Of a stretch of 64,000 nucleotides of DNA, positions 50,551-62,568 are shown piece after piece; within the stretch, counting starts at the first letter, position 1; each line of letters begins with the position of its first letter. A program made the position numbers and the translations under genes. The notes under the pieces were generated by a model, which was given only the letters and a program-made list of their open reading frames with translations, had not been told where the DNA came from and did no database searches. The stretch spans positions 51,708,001-51,772,000 of the forward strand of contig NC_042998.1 in the NCBI RefSeq assembly GCF_006345805.1, written 5' to 3'. This DNA comes from Octopus sinensis. Lineage: Eukaryota.

Positions 50551-50942
50551 AGGCTGTGTGGTAAGTAGCTTGTTTACCAACCACATGGTTCCGGGTTCAG
50601 TCCCACTGCGTGGCACCTTGGGCAAATGTCTTCTACTATAGTCTCGGGCCGACCAAAGCCTTGTGAGTAGATTTGGTAGACGGAAACTGAAAGAAGCCGT
50701 CGTATATATGTATATATATGCATGTGTGTGTTTGTGCGTCTGTGTTTGTCCCCCTAGCATTGCTTGACAACCGATGCTGGTGTGTTTATGTCCCCGTTAC
50801 TTAGCAGTTCGGCAAAAGAGACCGATAGAATAAGTACTGGGCTTACAAAAGAATAAGTCCCGGGGTCGAGTTGCTCAATTAAAGGCGGGGCTCCAGCATG
50901 GCCACAGTCAAATGACTGAAACAAGTAAAAGAGTAAAAAGAG
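50551..50942 (+). mobile_element. SINE family A young copy
   Basis: Family A consensus with internal (TA)n(TG)n. Confidence 0.85.
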
Positions 50943-51145
50943 TATATATCATCATCATCATCGTTTAACGTCCATTCTCTATGCTAGCATGGGTTGGACG
51001 GTTCGACCAGGGATCTGGGAAGCCAGAAGGCTGCACCAGGCTCTGGTCTTATCTGGCAATGTTTCTACAGCTGGATGCCCTTCCTAACGCCAACTACTCC
51101 GCGAGTGTAGTGGGTGCTTTTTACGTATATATATATATATATGTA

Positions 51146-52900
51146 CATAATTACAGAGGTATCAAGTTGTTGGATCAGGTAATGAAGGTCACGGAGAGGA
51201 TCATAGCCCAACTAATTAGGGAAAGAGTCAGTTTAGATGAGACGCAGTTTGGGTTCGTGCCAGGGAAAAGCACCACTGATGCTATATTTCTGGTAAGACA
51301 GCTGCAGGAGAAATACCTAGCCAATGATAAACCTCTGTACCTGGCTTTCATTGACATGGAGAAAGCCTTTGACAGGGTCCCTCAATCCCTTATCTGGTGG
51401 TCAATGAGGGAACTAGGGATAAATGAATAGTTAGTGAGAGCTGTGCAAGCTATGTACAGGGACGTTGTCAGTAAGGTGAGAGTTGGCAAAGAGTACAATG
51501 AAGAATTCCGGCTAGATGCAGGGGTCCACCAAGGTTCAGTCCTCAGCCCCTTCCTATTTATCATAGTCCTCCAGGCAATAACAGAGGAATTCAAAACAGG
51601 ATGCCCCTGGGAGCTCCTCTATGCTAACAACCTTGCTCTCATACCTGAATCACTACCAGAACCAGATAAGAAAGTTCAGGTGCAGAAGTAAGCTCTAGAA
51701 TCAAAGGGCCTTAGAGTCAATGAAGAAAAAAAACCAAAGTCCTAGTAAGTAGGAAAGTGAACAAATCACAAACTCCTTCAGGTAGATGGTCCTGCTCAAT
51801 CTGTAGAAAAGGTGCAGGTAGAAACTCCATTAGATGTACCCAGTGTAAGCTATGGACGCATAAGAAGTGTAGCAACATCAAAGGAGGGTTAACCGGGATG
51901 ATAGTTTGTGTGCAGCAGATGCACAGGGGCAATAAACACTGAAGATGTTTAGAAAACAGATTCCATCACATGCCAGGGGAAGAAACTAGAAGTAGTTGAT
52001 AGCTTCTGCTACCTAGGTGACCAAGTTTGTAGTGGGGGTGGATGCTCTGAGAGTGTTGCCACTAGAATAAGAATAGCCTGGGCAAAGTTCAGAAAGCCCC
52101 CACCTCTGCTGGTGACATGGGCCACTCACTCAGGCTGAAAAGTAGACTGTATGATGTCTGTGTGTGAACAGCCATGCTACGCGGCAGTGAAACATGGGCC
52201 ATGACTGTTGAGAACATACATAGGCTTGAAAGAAATAAGCTAGTATGATCCACTGGATGTATAATATCAGTGTGTACATACAACAGAGTGTAAGAGCCCT
52301 GATAGAAATGATGGGCGTAAGAAGCATCAGATGTGGTCTGCAAGAGAGACGACTGCACTGGTATGGTCATGTGCTGCGTATAGATGAGAAGAGCTGTGTG
52401 AAGAAGTGTCACTCTCTAACAGTAGAAGGAACCTGTGGAAGAGGGGGACCCAGGAAGACATGGGATGAGGTAGTGAACCATGGCCTTCAAACGTTGTGCC
52501 TCACAGGGTAATTGACAAGAGACCGAGACCTTTGAAGATATGCAGTGATTGAGAAAACCCGGCAAGTAAAGTGAGATCACAGCTGTAGCCTAGTAAAGTG
52601 AGATCACAGTGTTGCATAACCAGCCCATGTAAAAAGTACTTTTGAATTGTTGGGCAACACGCTGCACTTGAGAAGACCTATCAAAATCACAATCAGAATC
52701 TCAATGAAATCGAAATCAAAATGGAAATTGTAACAATAAGCACAATTCACGTGTGACTGGCACCCCATGCTGGTGGCACGAAAAAAGCACCATCTGAATG
52801 TGGCCGATGCCAGTGCCACCTGACCTGGCTCCCATGCCGGTGGCACGTAAAAAGCACCCAGTATACTCGCAGAGTGGCTGGCATTAGAAAGGGCATCCAG
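51146..52900 (+). mobile_element. 5'-truncated RTE-clade LINE: disrupted RT plus 3'UTR
   Basis: NYRGIKLL...QFGFVPGKSTTDAIF...FIDMEKAFDRVP...GVHQGSVLSPFLF...LLYANN (YADD decayed); Cys-rich insert CSICRKG...CTQCKLWTHKKC; F.YLG; RRLHWYGHV; GRGGPRKTW. Stops at 51428-30 and 51689-91 plus frameshifts; 3'UTR with two GGCACGxAAAAAGCAC repeats. Confidence 0.92.
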
Positions 52901-53891
52901 TTATAAGTCCTGCGGTTAATTTGCTTAACTAAAGGCAGTGCTCCAGCATGACCATAGTCAAATGACTGAAACAAGAAAAAGAATAAAAAGAAAAATACAC
53001 ACTCACACACACACACACACATTCCTGTGTCTAGGGAGAGTTGTTTTGCTAGTATTGTTAACACATGCACTGGTTGAATTCTACTCCTTTATTATTAGTC
53101 AATTGGTTGATTATTCAACTAAGGGTATCTATTGTTTGTTTAACTTGGTTAAAACAGTAAGTCATTTGTTTTCTTTTTGTTTGTCAAAGCTCTCTCATTG
53201 CTACTTGTAAACTTTTCAATGACTTTGACTTAGCCCATTACAGAGGCCATGTTTGTCTGATTGAGACCTTGTTGTTCGCATGCATGTGTGTGCGTGCCAG
53301 TGTGCATGCATTTGTATGTATGCATGTATGCATTCTTTTGCATATTCATGTGTCTGTGTGTGCATGCTTGTGTGTTTGTGTATGTATACATTTAGGTTTG
53401 TTTGTGTGTGACTCTTCCTAAACACACCAAAATTTGTTTCAACACATGAATTCACATAAAGAATCTTATAACCAGATATAAAAATGAAGTATATATATAT
53501 ATTTGGATGTATCAGAGGTGGTGCCCCAGCATGACTGTGGCCTTCGGGCTTAAACATTTTTAAGGATTTAAGGATATATCTAAGAGATAGTGTGTTTTGA
53601 GCATTTGAAATCTGGCAGTGTTTATCACCCTCCAGTTTTGAACATAGTTTCTTTCCAAGAAAAGAACTGACCCAAGTACTGGACAGGTATATTATTTATT
53701 AACCCTAAAAAGGACGAAAAGAACATTTGACCTCCAGAATATTTAACCGTTTGCCTGCCCAAAGCATATTCATAAATTTGTCTTAAACACTCCTGCCTGT
53801 TTTCAGCCTTTTAGCCCATTTCATTCGTTATGGGTAATAAAAAGCTTTCCTATCATGGTGGTTTCAAGTAAATTTGAAATGTGTGTTATAT

Positions 53892-54063
53892 AGGCACAGA
53901 GGTGGCTGTGTGGTAAGTAGCTTGCTTACCAACCACATGGTTCCGGGTTCAGTCCCACTGCGTGGCATCTTGCGCAAGTGTCTTCTACTATAGCCTCGGG
54001 CCGACCAAAGCCTTGTGAGTGGATTTGGTAGACGGAAACTGAAAGAAGCCCGTTGTATATATG

Positions 54064-54115
<52 letters not shown>

Positions 54116-54333
54116 CGTGTATGTTTGTGTGTCTGTGTTTGTCCCCCTAGCATTGCTTGACAACCGATGCTGGTGCGTTTACGTCGCCGTCACTTAGCGG
54201 TTCGGCAAAAGAACCCGATAGAATAAGTACTGGGCTTACAAAGAATAAGTCCCGGGGTCGATTTGCTCGACTAAAGGCGGTGCTCCAGCATGGCCGCAGT
54301 CAAATGACTGAAACAAGTAAGTAAGTAAAAGAG
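53892..54333 (+). mobile_element. SINE family A full-length young copy
   Basis: Complete head, core, internal (TA)n(TG)n and 3' (gtaa)n/aaaagag tail. Confidence 0.85.
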
Positions 54334-54705
54334 TATATGATGCATGGACACCATGGAAATATGTCCTGTGTCTCACATGAAACACAGGATATGCAATGGG
54401 TTAGTTAAACTTAGAACGAAGAGAGTCTAAACAAATACTGCAAGTTTTTGTGTCAAATCATTACCTCGCACATGTCTGCTAATTTTATTTAGTGGAACAA
54501 CAGCTTCAACTTCCTTGAGACTTTCAACAGATATAAGACATATTTCTGCATCACTTCAAAAAAACTTCTGATCACCAGAAAGTACTGCGTTTTCCAACAC
54601 AGAAGTCGTCGATGTAGTATTCAGATAACATGTGTAAAAATTCAAATATTGTCTCTATCTTTCCCAGTCCCACTACATATCACATGGATTTTTGGTCCTC
54701 CAAAG

Positions 54706-55120
54706 GGATCTTTTCGGTTTGAACGGCAGTTTTTTCTAGCGGTGTCATATGAAATTGCCACCCATAATTATGACCCTAGAATCGATCAATTGCATTTCAA
54801 TCTCTTTTAGGGTTAGGGTTAGCGGTGGGAGGAAGGGTATCTTTTTTTCTTCACAAATGTAAATAAACCCAATGTGTTTCTTAAACGAGGGACATATTCA
54901 TACGGCACAGAATGCTTTATAACTCAATAGACGTCACTGATTGGTTGAAATTGCAGAAATTGAAGAAAAAACAACAAATATCTTATAAACTATAGAATTT
55001 TCTCAATAAAACCAAGAGAAAAAGATGTTTTATAAACACATTCTACCAGTATACGAAGTTTAAAATATTTTAGTTAGCTAGAAATTATGTTAAAAACTGC
55101 CGTTCAAACCGAAAAGATCC
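54706..55120. mobile_element. MITE family M2 with 8-bp TSD and GG...CC ends (Merlin-like)
   Basis: TSD CTCCAAAG at 54698-54705 and 55121-55128; TIR GGATCTTTTCGGTTTGAACGGCAGTTTT. Confidence 0.8.
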
Positions 55121-55698
55121 CTCCAAAGTTGTTTCGATGTATGAGTTGACCTATCGGTTTTGGTGGTGAATTTTTGGTCCGAAAAATTCGATTTGTATTC
55201 CAGAAAATATGGTAACGACATTACAGTAGAAATGCTGAAGAAATGTGGAAGAGATTATAGAAAGATGGGTAGCAGAACTAATAAAGTGCAGGGAGAAAAT
55301 TTTGCCATGGTCGGATATGTTTTCTATCTTTCTAGGGTCGACGAAATAAAGTACCACCAGCCAATCTCTTTTGTAATTTCAATAATATCTTCCTTTCCCC
55401 TCACTCCACACACCTAAACATGCACAATCTGCTGCATTGTTCTCATGCTAGAAATCCATATTATGTAAATACAAGCATCAAAAGATGACTGGCAGACAAC
55501 GAACCGAAGCCATAACTACTGTACTGAATTACACGTCCACCGTTTACGATGTATTTGTACATAAATGTGTGCGTGCGTGTATGTTATGTGTAAATAGGTG
55601 CAAGTGTGAGTATATATATATATATGTATGTGTGTGTATATATATATATGTGTGTGTGTGTATATATATGTATGTATGTGTATATATATGTATTTATG

Positions 55699-55764
<66 letters not shown>

Positions 55765-55789
55765 TGTGTATATATATATATTATATATA

Positions 55790-55820
<31 letters not shown>

Positions 55821-55863
55821 GTATGTATGTGTGTATATATATCTATATATAGATACTGTTTAA

Positions 55864-56087
55864 GAAGAGTGGTCCCGGTGCGGGCACACGCGTACTCGCG
55901 CACCCGCGCTAGCTAGTTGTGACTAGTCGATCCTTACTTAGTGTTTTATTTACTTGTTTAAAAAAAATTATTTACTTTGTGTGAAAAACTTATTTATTTT
56001 GCATTTTATTTACTTTGCTAGGTAGTCGTTGTAGGATCGACTAGTCACGACTAGCTAGCGCGAGTGCGCGCACCGGGACCACTCTTC
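55864..56087. mobile_element. MITE with ~60-bp CpG-rich TIRs between TTAA sites (Kolobok-like) inside a TA/TG microsatellite
   Basis: ttaa|GAAGAGTGGTCCCGGTGCG...CGCACCGGGACCACTCTTC|ttaa; CTAGCTAGTxGTGACTAGTCGATCC is also mirrored. Confidence 0.7.
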
Positions 56088-56115
56088 TTAAGTAGTACCT
56101 ATGTATATATATATG

Positions 56116-56162
<47 letters not shown>

Positions 56163-56479
56163 ATGTATGTATGCATATGTATATGTCTACACACACACTA
56201 CATACACAAAGTACTCCTTCTCTTATTCCCTCCCTCACCGAAACAAGAGATCAGCAGCCACTCACGAATAATAACAAACGTTATTTCTTAAGAAATTTTT
56301 CCATTCATGTATATTGTGGATAGTGAGTTTTGCTTTGAAGATTTGCTTCTGGTACCCCTACGTTTGACCTACTTTTTAAACCCCTTTATTTTATTTTATT
56401 TTTTTCCCCTCAATTATTTACTCTTTTGTCATCTAGCATTTACATTAGTTGTTGTCCGTTCAACAACCCCAGTTCACTC

Positions 56480-56610
56480 CCTGATCCCCCCCACCGCTTC
56501 TCATCCCCCCACCGTCACAACCGCGGCCTCCATCGCCATCATCATCATTGCCACCGCCGCCATCACCATCACTACCACCACCACCACCACCACCGCCGTT
56601 GCCATTACCC
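56480..56610 (+). repeat. (CAC/CAT/ACC)n low-complexity tract, continuing at 57184-57345 beyond the SINE B array
   Basis: Strand-asymmetric C/A-rich trinucleotide repeats on both sides of 56633-57183. Confidence 0.8.
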
Positions 56611-56632
56611 CCATCTTACAATTACCTCTATC

Positions 56633-57183
56633 ATACCTATTTCTCTATTGCCCAAAAGGGGCTAAACATAGACGGAACAAACAAGGACAGACAAACGGAT
56701 TAAGTCGATTATATCAACCCCAGTGCGTAACTGGTACTTTATTTATCGACCCCAAAAGGATGAAAGGCAAAGTCGACCTCGGCGGCATTTGAACTCAGAG
56801 CGTAACTGCAGACGAAATACCTGTTTCTTTATTACCCACAAGGGGCTAAACATAGAGGGGACAAACTAGGACAGACAAACGGATTAAGTCGATTATATCG
56901 ACCCCATTGCGTTACTGGTACTTTATTTATCGACCCCGAAAGGATGAAAGGTAAAGTCGACCTCGGCGGGATTTGAACTCAGAGCGTAACTGCAGACGAA
57001 ATACCTATTTCTTTATTACCCACAAGGGACTAAACACAGAGGGGACAAACAAGGACAGACATAGGTATTAAGTCGATTACATCGACCCCAGTGCGTAACT
57101 GGTACTTATTTAATCGACCCCGAAAGGATGAAAGGCAAAGTCATGCATTTCGCCCGGCATGCTAACGTTTCTGCCAGCTCGCC
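56633..57183 (-). mobile_element. Tandem array of SINE family B (three ~184-bp units plus one head)
   Basis: Units start at 56633, 56817 and 57001 (atacct[a/g]tttct...); head ggcgagctggcagaaacgttagcatgccgggcgaaatgc at 57143-57183 on minus. Confidence 0.85.
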
Positions 57184-57475
57184 ACCTTATCACCTCACAA
57201 CATACCATCACAACAACAACCACCGTTGCCATCACCACCACCACAACAACCCCCCATTGCCATCATCACCACCGCCACTACCACACAAGCCCTTCTGCCA
57301 CTACTACTTCCACTACTACCGTCGCCACCGCCTCTGCCACCATCAAATCAACTCTGATTAAGGAAACCTGTGACTAATGATGTACCAGCAATGTTCATCC
57401 TGTTGTTTTCTGTTTTACCACAAACTTCAAACCTTAGCGCTCTATGGTTCAGCAATTTTTGAATCTGTCACAATC

Positions 57476-57954
<479 letters not shown>

Positions 57955-58309
57955 AATCGGTTTGTAGAACTGCCGCCAGAGTGATTGATACAGTTAGCAA
58001 TGCTAAACAGTCAAGATTTGTTTACTATAGCCAAATTCAATGGTGATACTGTCTGACTCATTTCAGATATTTAACTTCACGATGTCACCCAAGAGACCTG
58101 AAGATACAACTGATAGTGCTCAATGATGATAAATCTAAGAATAAATTCTTATCTATGTTATCTATGTGTGGTAAGAAGCTTGCTTCCTAACTACATGGTT
58201 CCAGGTTCAGTTTCACTGCATGGCACTATGGGCAAGTGTCTTCTACTATAGCCTAAGGCCAACCAAAGTAGATTTGGTAGACGGAAACTGTATATATATT
58301 GGGGCGATA

Positions 58310-58525
58310 AGGCGGCGAGCGGGCAGAAACGTTAGCACGCCGGGCGAAATGAGTAGCCGTATTTCGTCTGCCGTTACGTTCTGAGTTCAAATTCCGCCGA
58401 GGTCGACTTTGCCTTTCATCCTTTCGGGGTCGATAAATAAAGTATCAGTTTCGCACTGGGGTCGAGGTAATCGACTTAATCCTTTTGTCTGTCCTTGTTT
58501 GTCCCCTCTATGTTTAGTAAAGAAA
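58310..58525 (+). mobile_element. SINE family B monomer
   Basis: ggcggcgagc...ctgagttcaaattcc (B box)...gtcgactttgcctttcatcc...; partial or variant copies at ~638-750(-), 25438-25600(-), 40015-40115(-), 40355-40580(-). Confidence 0.8.
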
Positions 58526-58544
58526 TATATATCTATTTGGGCGA

Positions 58545-59015
58545 TATGATATGCTTGAGAAGACCTGCTGAATCAAGTAAAACCAATATCGTAGCAGTGG
58601 CCAGTGCCCCGCTGACTGGCTACCGTGCTGGTGGCACGTAAGAAGCACCATCAGAACGTGGCCTATGCCAGTTATCCTCTGACTGGTTCCCGTGCCGGTG
58701 GCACGTAAAAAGCACTATCCGAACGTGATCGACGCCAAGACCACCTGACTGGCCTCCATCCCGGTGGCACGTAAAAAGCCCTATCCGAACGTGAGCGATG
58801 CCAGGCCCACCTGACTGACTCCTGTGCCGGTGGAACGTAAACAGCACCCACTACACTCTCGGAGTGGTTGGCGTTAGGAAGGGCATCCAGCTGTAGAAAC
58901 ATTGCCAGATCAGATTGGAGCCTGGTGTAACCGCTGGCTCTCCAGACCTCAGTTAAACCGTCCAACCCATGCGGACATGGAAAACGGGTGTTAAACGATG
59001 ACGATGATGATGATG
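58545..59015 (+). mobile_element. RTE LINE 3'UTR copy with four ~66-bp repeats and (GAT)n tail
   Basis: GGCACGTAAxAAGCAC-type cores at 58633, 58700, 58766, 58832; homologous to 52640-52900. Confidence 0.8.
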
Positions 59016-59059
59016 ATAATGAGTGTGTGTGTGTGTGCGTGTGTGTGTGTGCGTGTGTG

Positions 59060-59435
59060 TGGAGGCGCAATGGCCCAGTGGTTAGGACAGTGGACTCGCA
59101 ATCGTAGGATCGCGGTTTCAGTTACCAGACCAGGCGTTGTGGGTGTTTAGTGAGCGCAAACACATAAAGCTAAACGAGGCTCCGACAGGGGGTGGGGGTG
59201 GCGAACCTTGCTGTACTCTTTCACCACAACTTTCACTCTTTCTTCCTGTTTCTGTTGTACCTGTATTTCAAAGGGCCAGCCTTGTCACACACTGTATCAT
59301 GCTGAATCTCCCTGAAACTACGTTAACAGTACACGTGTCTGTGGAGCGCTCAACCATGTTAATTTCACGAGCAGGCCATTCTTTTGATTGGGTCAACTGG
59401 AACCCTCGTCGTTGTAACTGATGTGGTGCCACAAA
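59060..59435 (+). mobile_element. tRNA-headed SINE, family D-related (different 3' half)
   Basis: GGAGGCGCAATGGCCCAGTGG head and gagcgcaaacacataaagct shared with 42954-43254. Confidence 0.65.
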
Positions 59436-60304
59436 GATATATATATATATATAAACGGGTTTCTTTCAGTTTACACCTACGAAATCCACTCAGAAGGCTT
59501 TGGTCAGCCTGAAGTTATAGTAGAAGACGCTTGCCCAAAGTGACACACAGTGAAACCATGTGGTTGGGAAGCAAGATTCTTATCGCACAGACACTCTTGT
59601 GCGGTAAAAAGCTTGCTTCCCAAAGTTCTGGAAAATTTGTACAATGGAATCCAGATCATCAAATGTATATGACTTAAAGAAATCAAAAATATGCAGATTT
59701 TTAAGTGTGTATTCTTTTTTCTTTCTTCTTTTTTTTTTCGTTTACTGAAAATATAAAAAGATATAAAAAATTGTAAGTTTCAGGAAATACTGAAGATGCC
59801 AGAAGCATTGAATAAAATAACGAGAGTTTAAATATTTCTGGGAAGCTGCTTATGGAATAAGTCAAGTATCTTTTATTATAATTCCACGCCAAGAAGCCGA
59901 GCAAAGCCATGTGAGTGGCTTTGGTAGACAGAAATTTGAAAGAAACCTGACGTATGTGTATATGAATAAATATATAATATATCGTTGCTATTATGCAAAA
60001 ATGTCTTAAGTCCAAAACGTTGCTTTTTCAGAAAACGATCAAATAGTTTCACCATTCCATAGCAAAACTGTTGTACTGCACTTTGACAATTTTCGATATT
60101 TTGGCATCTGAAGCAACGGGAGATACGATAGTTTGACCAAAAGAAATGGCTATTTCAAGCACAAATAAATATTGACAAAAACGCATTTGGCCAAATTTGG
60201 ACATACGACAGTTTAAAATAATAGCAACGATATATATTTTTATATACATGTCAAGCTTTATGTGTGTGTGTGTGTGTGTACATACACAGACACTCACACA
60301 TAAA

Positions 60305-60527
60305 CGAAGGGATGCTGAAAAGTTCCTGGCTTCGGGTAAAAGTAAATACAGGAGGATCAGTTAATTATGATTTCTTTCAACATAGTCCCTGTTCAGATTC
60401 ACACACTTATTGCAGTGGTCCTTCAGTTTTTCTATGACCCGCAAAGAAAAAAAAATCGGAAGGTTGGGCATCCAGCCAGGGCCTTTCACCATATCCTTAA
60501 AAACCAGGAACTTTTCAGCACCTCCTC

Positions 60528-60528
<1 letters not shown>
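60305..60528. mobile_element. mariner-type MITE
   Basis: CGAAGGGATGCTGAAAAGTTCCTGG ... CCAGGAACTTTTCAGCACCTCCTCA|ta; TA flank on the right. Confidence 0.7.
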
Positions 60529-60588
<60 letters not shown>

Positions 60589-61060
60589 CATGCCTATATG
60601 TGCATAGGACATTAAAAAAAAACGTTGAAAAAAATGAGAAACGAAAACATAAAAACAAAAACATTGAGACGAACATTTTTTCAAACAACGAAAAAAAAAA
60701 AAAAAGAAACAGAGTACAAGACATACAACACAAGGAATATTCACCTTCGTTAGTTGTCCCTGTTTCATTTACTCCGCCTTTTCGAAGGTAAGGACAAGAC
60801 GCGACTTCGTTGAAACATTCGACTAAACATTCTTCAAGGTAGTGCCCCAGCATGGCCATAGTCAAATCACTGAAACAAATAAAAGATAAAAGATACCCTT
60901 ACATACATTATCAAATAGCTAGGCTAAAAATTCCAAAGTCTCCTTTCCACCCACATGTACACCTTTTTGCTCTATTCACTCATCCCTCCTTGTTCATAGC
61001 TGTTTACTTCCCTGCTTCAACTTCAATGAGCATTAAATTTCACCTTCAAATAAACTTTCA

Positions 61061-61281
61061 CCCTTTATCATTTAAACTGGTCATATCCGGCCCACCTGTT
61101 CCACCTGTTTTATGTTCAGACCAGCCAGACCTGGCCTCTCAAATTTTTCCTACAATATCATCTTAAGAATAAAACAATCACATCAGCGAACTCTTGAAGC
61201 TGTAAGATAATGCATGATTAATTCGAAAACATGTGAATTGATAAGCATTACGTTTCACTGAGTAATCTGAATTTCAAAAGG
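61061..61281 (+). mobile_element. piggyBac-like TTAA MITE M1, orientation A
   Basis: CCCTTTATCATTTAAACTGG...ATTTCAAAAGG|ttaa. Confidence 0.7.
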
Positions 61282-61294
61282 TTAAATGACCTTT

Positions 61295-61632
61295 GTGAAG
61301 GCGCATGGCTCAGTGGTTAAAGCGTTGGGCTCACAATGATGAGGTAGTGAGCTTGACTCCTGGACTGGGCTGTGTGTTGTTCTTGAGCAAGACACTTTAT
61401 TTCACATTGCTCCAGTTCACTCAGGTGTAGATATGAGTTGCGGCGTCACTGGTGCCAAGCTGTATCAGCCTTTCCCTTTCCCTTGGATAACATCGGTGGC
61501 ATGGCGAAGGGAGGTTTGTATGCATGGGCGACTGCTAGCCTTCCATAAACAACCTTGTCCGGACTTGAGTTTCGGAGGAGAACTTTCTAGCTGCAATCCC
61601 ATAGTCATTCGTGACCGAAGGGGGTCATTATC
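61295..61632 (+). mobile_element. Full-length tRNA-headed SINE family C with 12-bp TSD
   Basis: TSD TAAATGACCTTT at 61283-61294 and 61633-61644; A box TGGCTCAGTGG; partial copy at ~46135-46345. Confidence 0.85.
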
Positions 61633-61772
61633 TAAATGACCTTTAGGTTTCAAATATAAGTAATATGCGTTGAGACATATTCCCAAATACCTGTACATTC
61701 CTGTTTTACTTCTAATAAACTATTATCTTGAAAGACCTTTTGAACTTCCATTGTTTGAATAAACCTCGAGAG

Positions 61773-62171
61773 GAATCTTTTCGGCTTGAACGGCAGTTTT
61801 TTCTAGTGGTGTCATATGAAATTGTCACCATAATTATGACCCTAGTATCGATCTATTGCATTTAGGGTTAGGGGTGGGAGGAAAGGTATCTTTTTTTCTT
61901 CACAAATGTAAATAAACCCAATCTGTTTCTTAAACGAGGGACATATTCATACGGCACAGAATGTTTTCACCTAAAATAGACGTCATTGATAGGTTGAAAT
62001 TGCAGAAATTGAAGAAAAAAACAACAAATATCTTACAAACTATAGAATTTCCTCAATAAAGCCAAGAGAAAAAGATGTTTTATAAACACATTCTACCAGT
62101 ATACGAAGTTTAAAAGTGTTTAGTTACGTGGAAATTATTTTTAAAAACTGCCGTTCAAACCGAAAAGATCA
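61773..62171. mobile_element. Second M2 (Merlin-like) MITE
   Basis: TSD [C/T]TCGAGAG at 61765-61772 and 62172-62179; colinear with 54706-55120. Confidence 0.8.
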
Positions 62172-62523
62172 TTCGAGAGTCCACACTTGAAGCAATTGTC
62201 AATCTATATATGTTGCATAAATGCAACATATATGCACTTGTCCCTTGTATAATTCTATTTCATATGTTACGTTCGTCCGACAGTCGAAAGACCCTTTCTG
62301 TTGCTTACTTATTTGTTTTCGTATATGTACATTCGTTTGCCTTGTCCAGGGGCTTAATGCTTTTTTTGCTTGAGTTCTTAGCCCAGCCGGTTTCGAGTAT
62401 CTTGTATATCCGTGTATCTTGATTTGTCCTGTTTGGTGTTGTCGCGCTTTCATCCTTTTCCTGCATGTTGCGTTTTGATGGTTTCTGTGTGTTGTGTTTT
62501 TCGTGTCCTACCTTTGATTATAA

Positions 62524-62568
<45 letters not shown>

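Noticed and set aside
50981-51145. N-terminal part of the 149-aa ORF 50981..51430
   Set aside because: Chance read-through from an inverted RTE 3'UTR and (TA)n; only the part from ~51146 is RT.
54807-54824. TTAGGG repeats as an interstitial telomere
   Set aside because: Only 2-3 units and part of a MITE present twice in the window.
56633-57140. Regularly spaced direct repeats resembling a CRISPR array
   Set aside because: Units are ~184-bp SINE bodies with no unique spacers, in a eukaryotic context without cas genes.
56307-57377. His-, Thr- and Pro-rich ORFs flanking the SINE B array
   Set aside because: Products of (CAC/CAT/ACC)n low-complexity DNA.
61297-61375. tRNA-like cloverleaf starts (also 63076, 43254, 59060, 38466, 47259)
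   Set aside because: A and B boxes are present, but acceptor stems do not close and each continues into a shared SINE body, often with TSDs; these are SINE heads, not tRNA genes.
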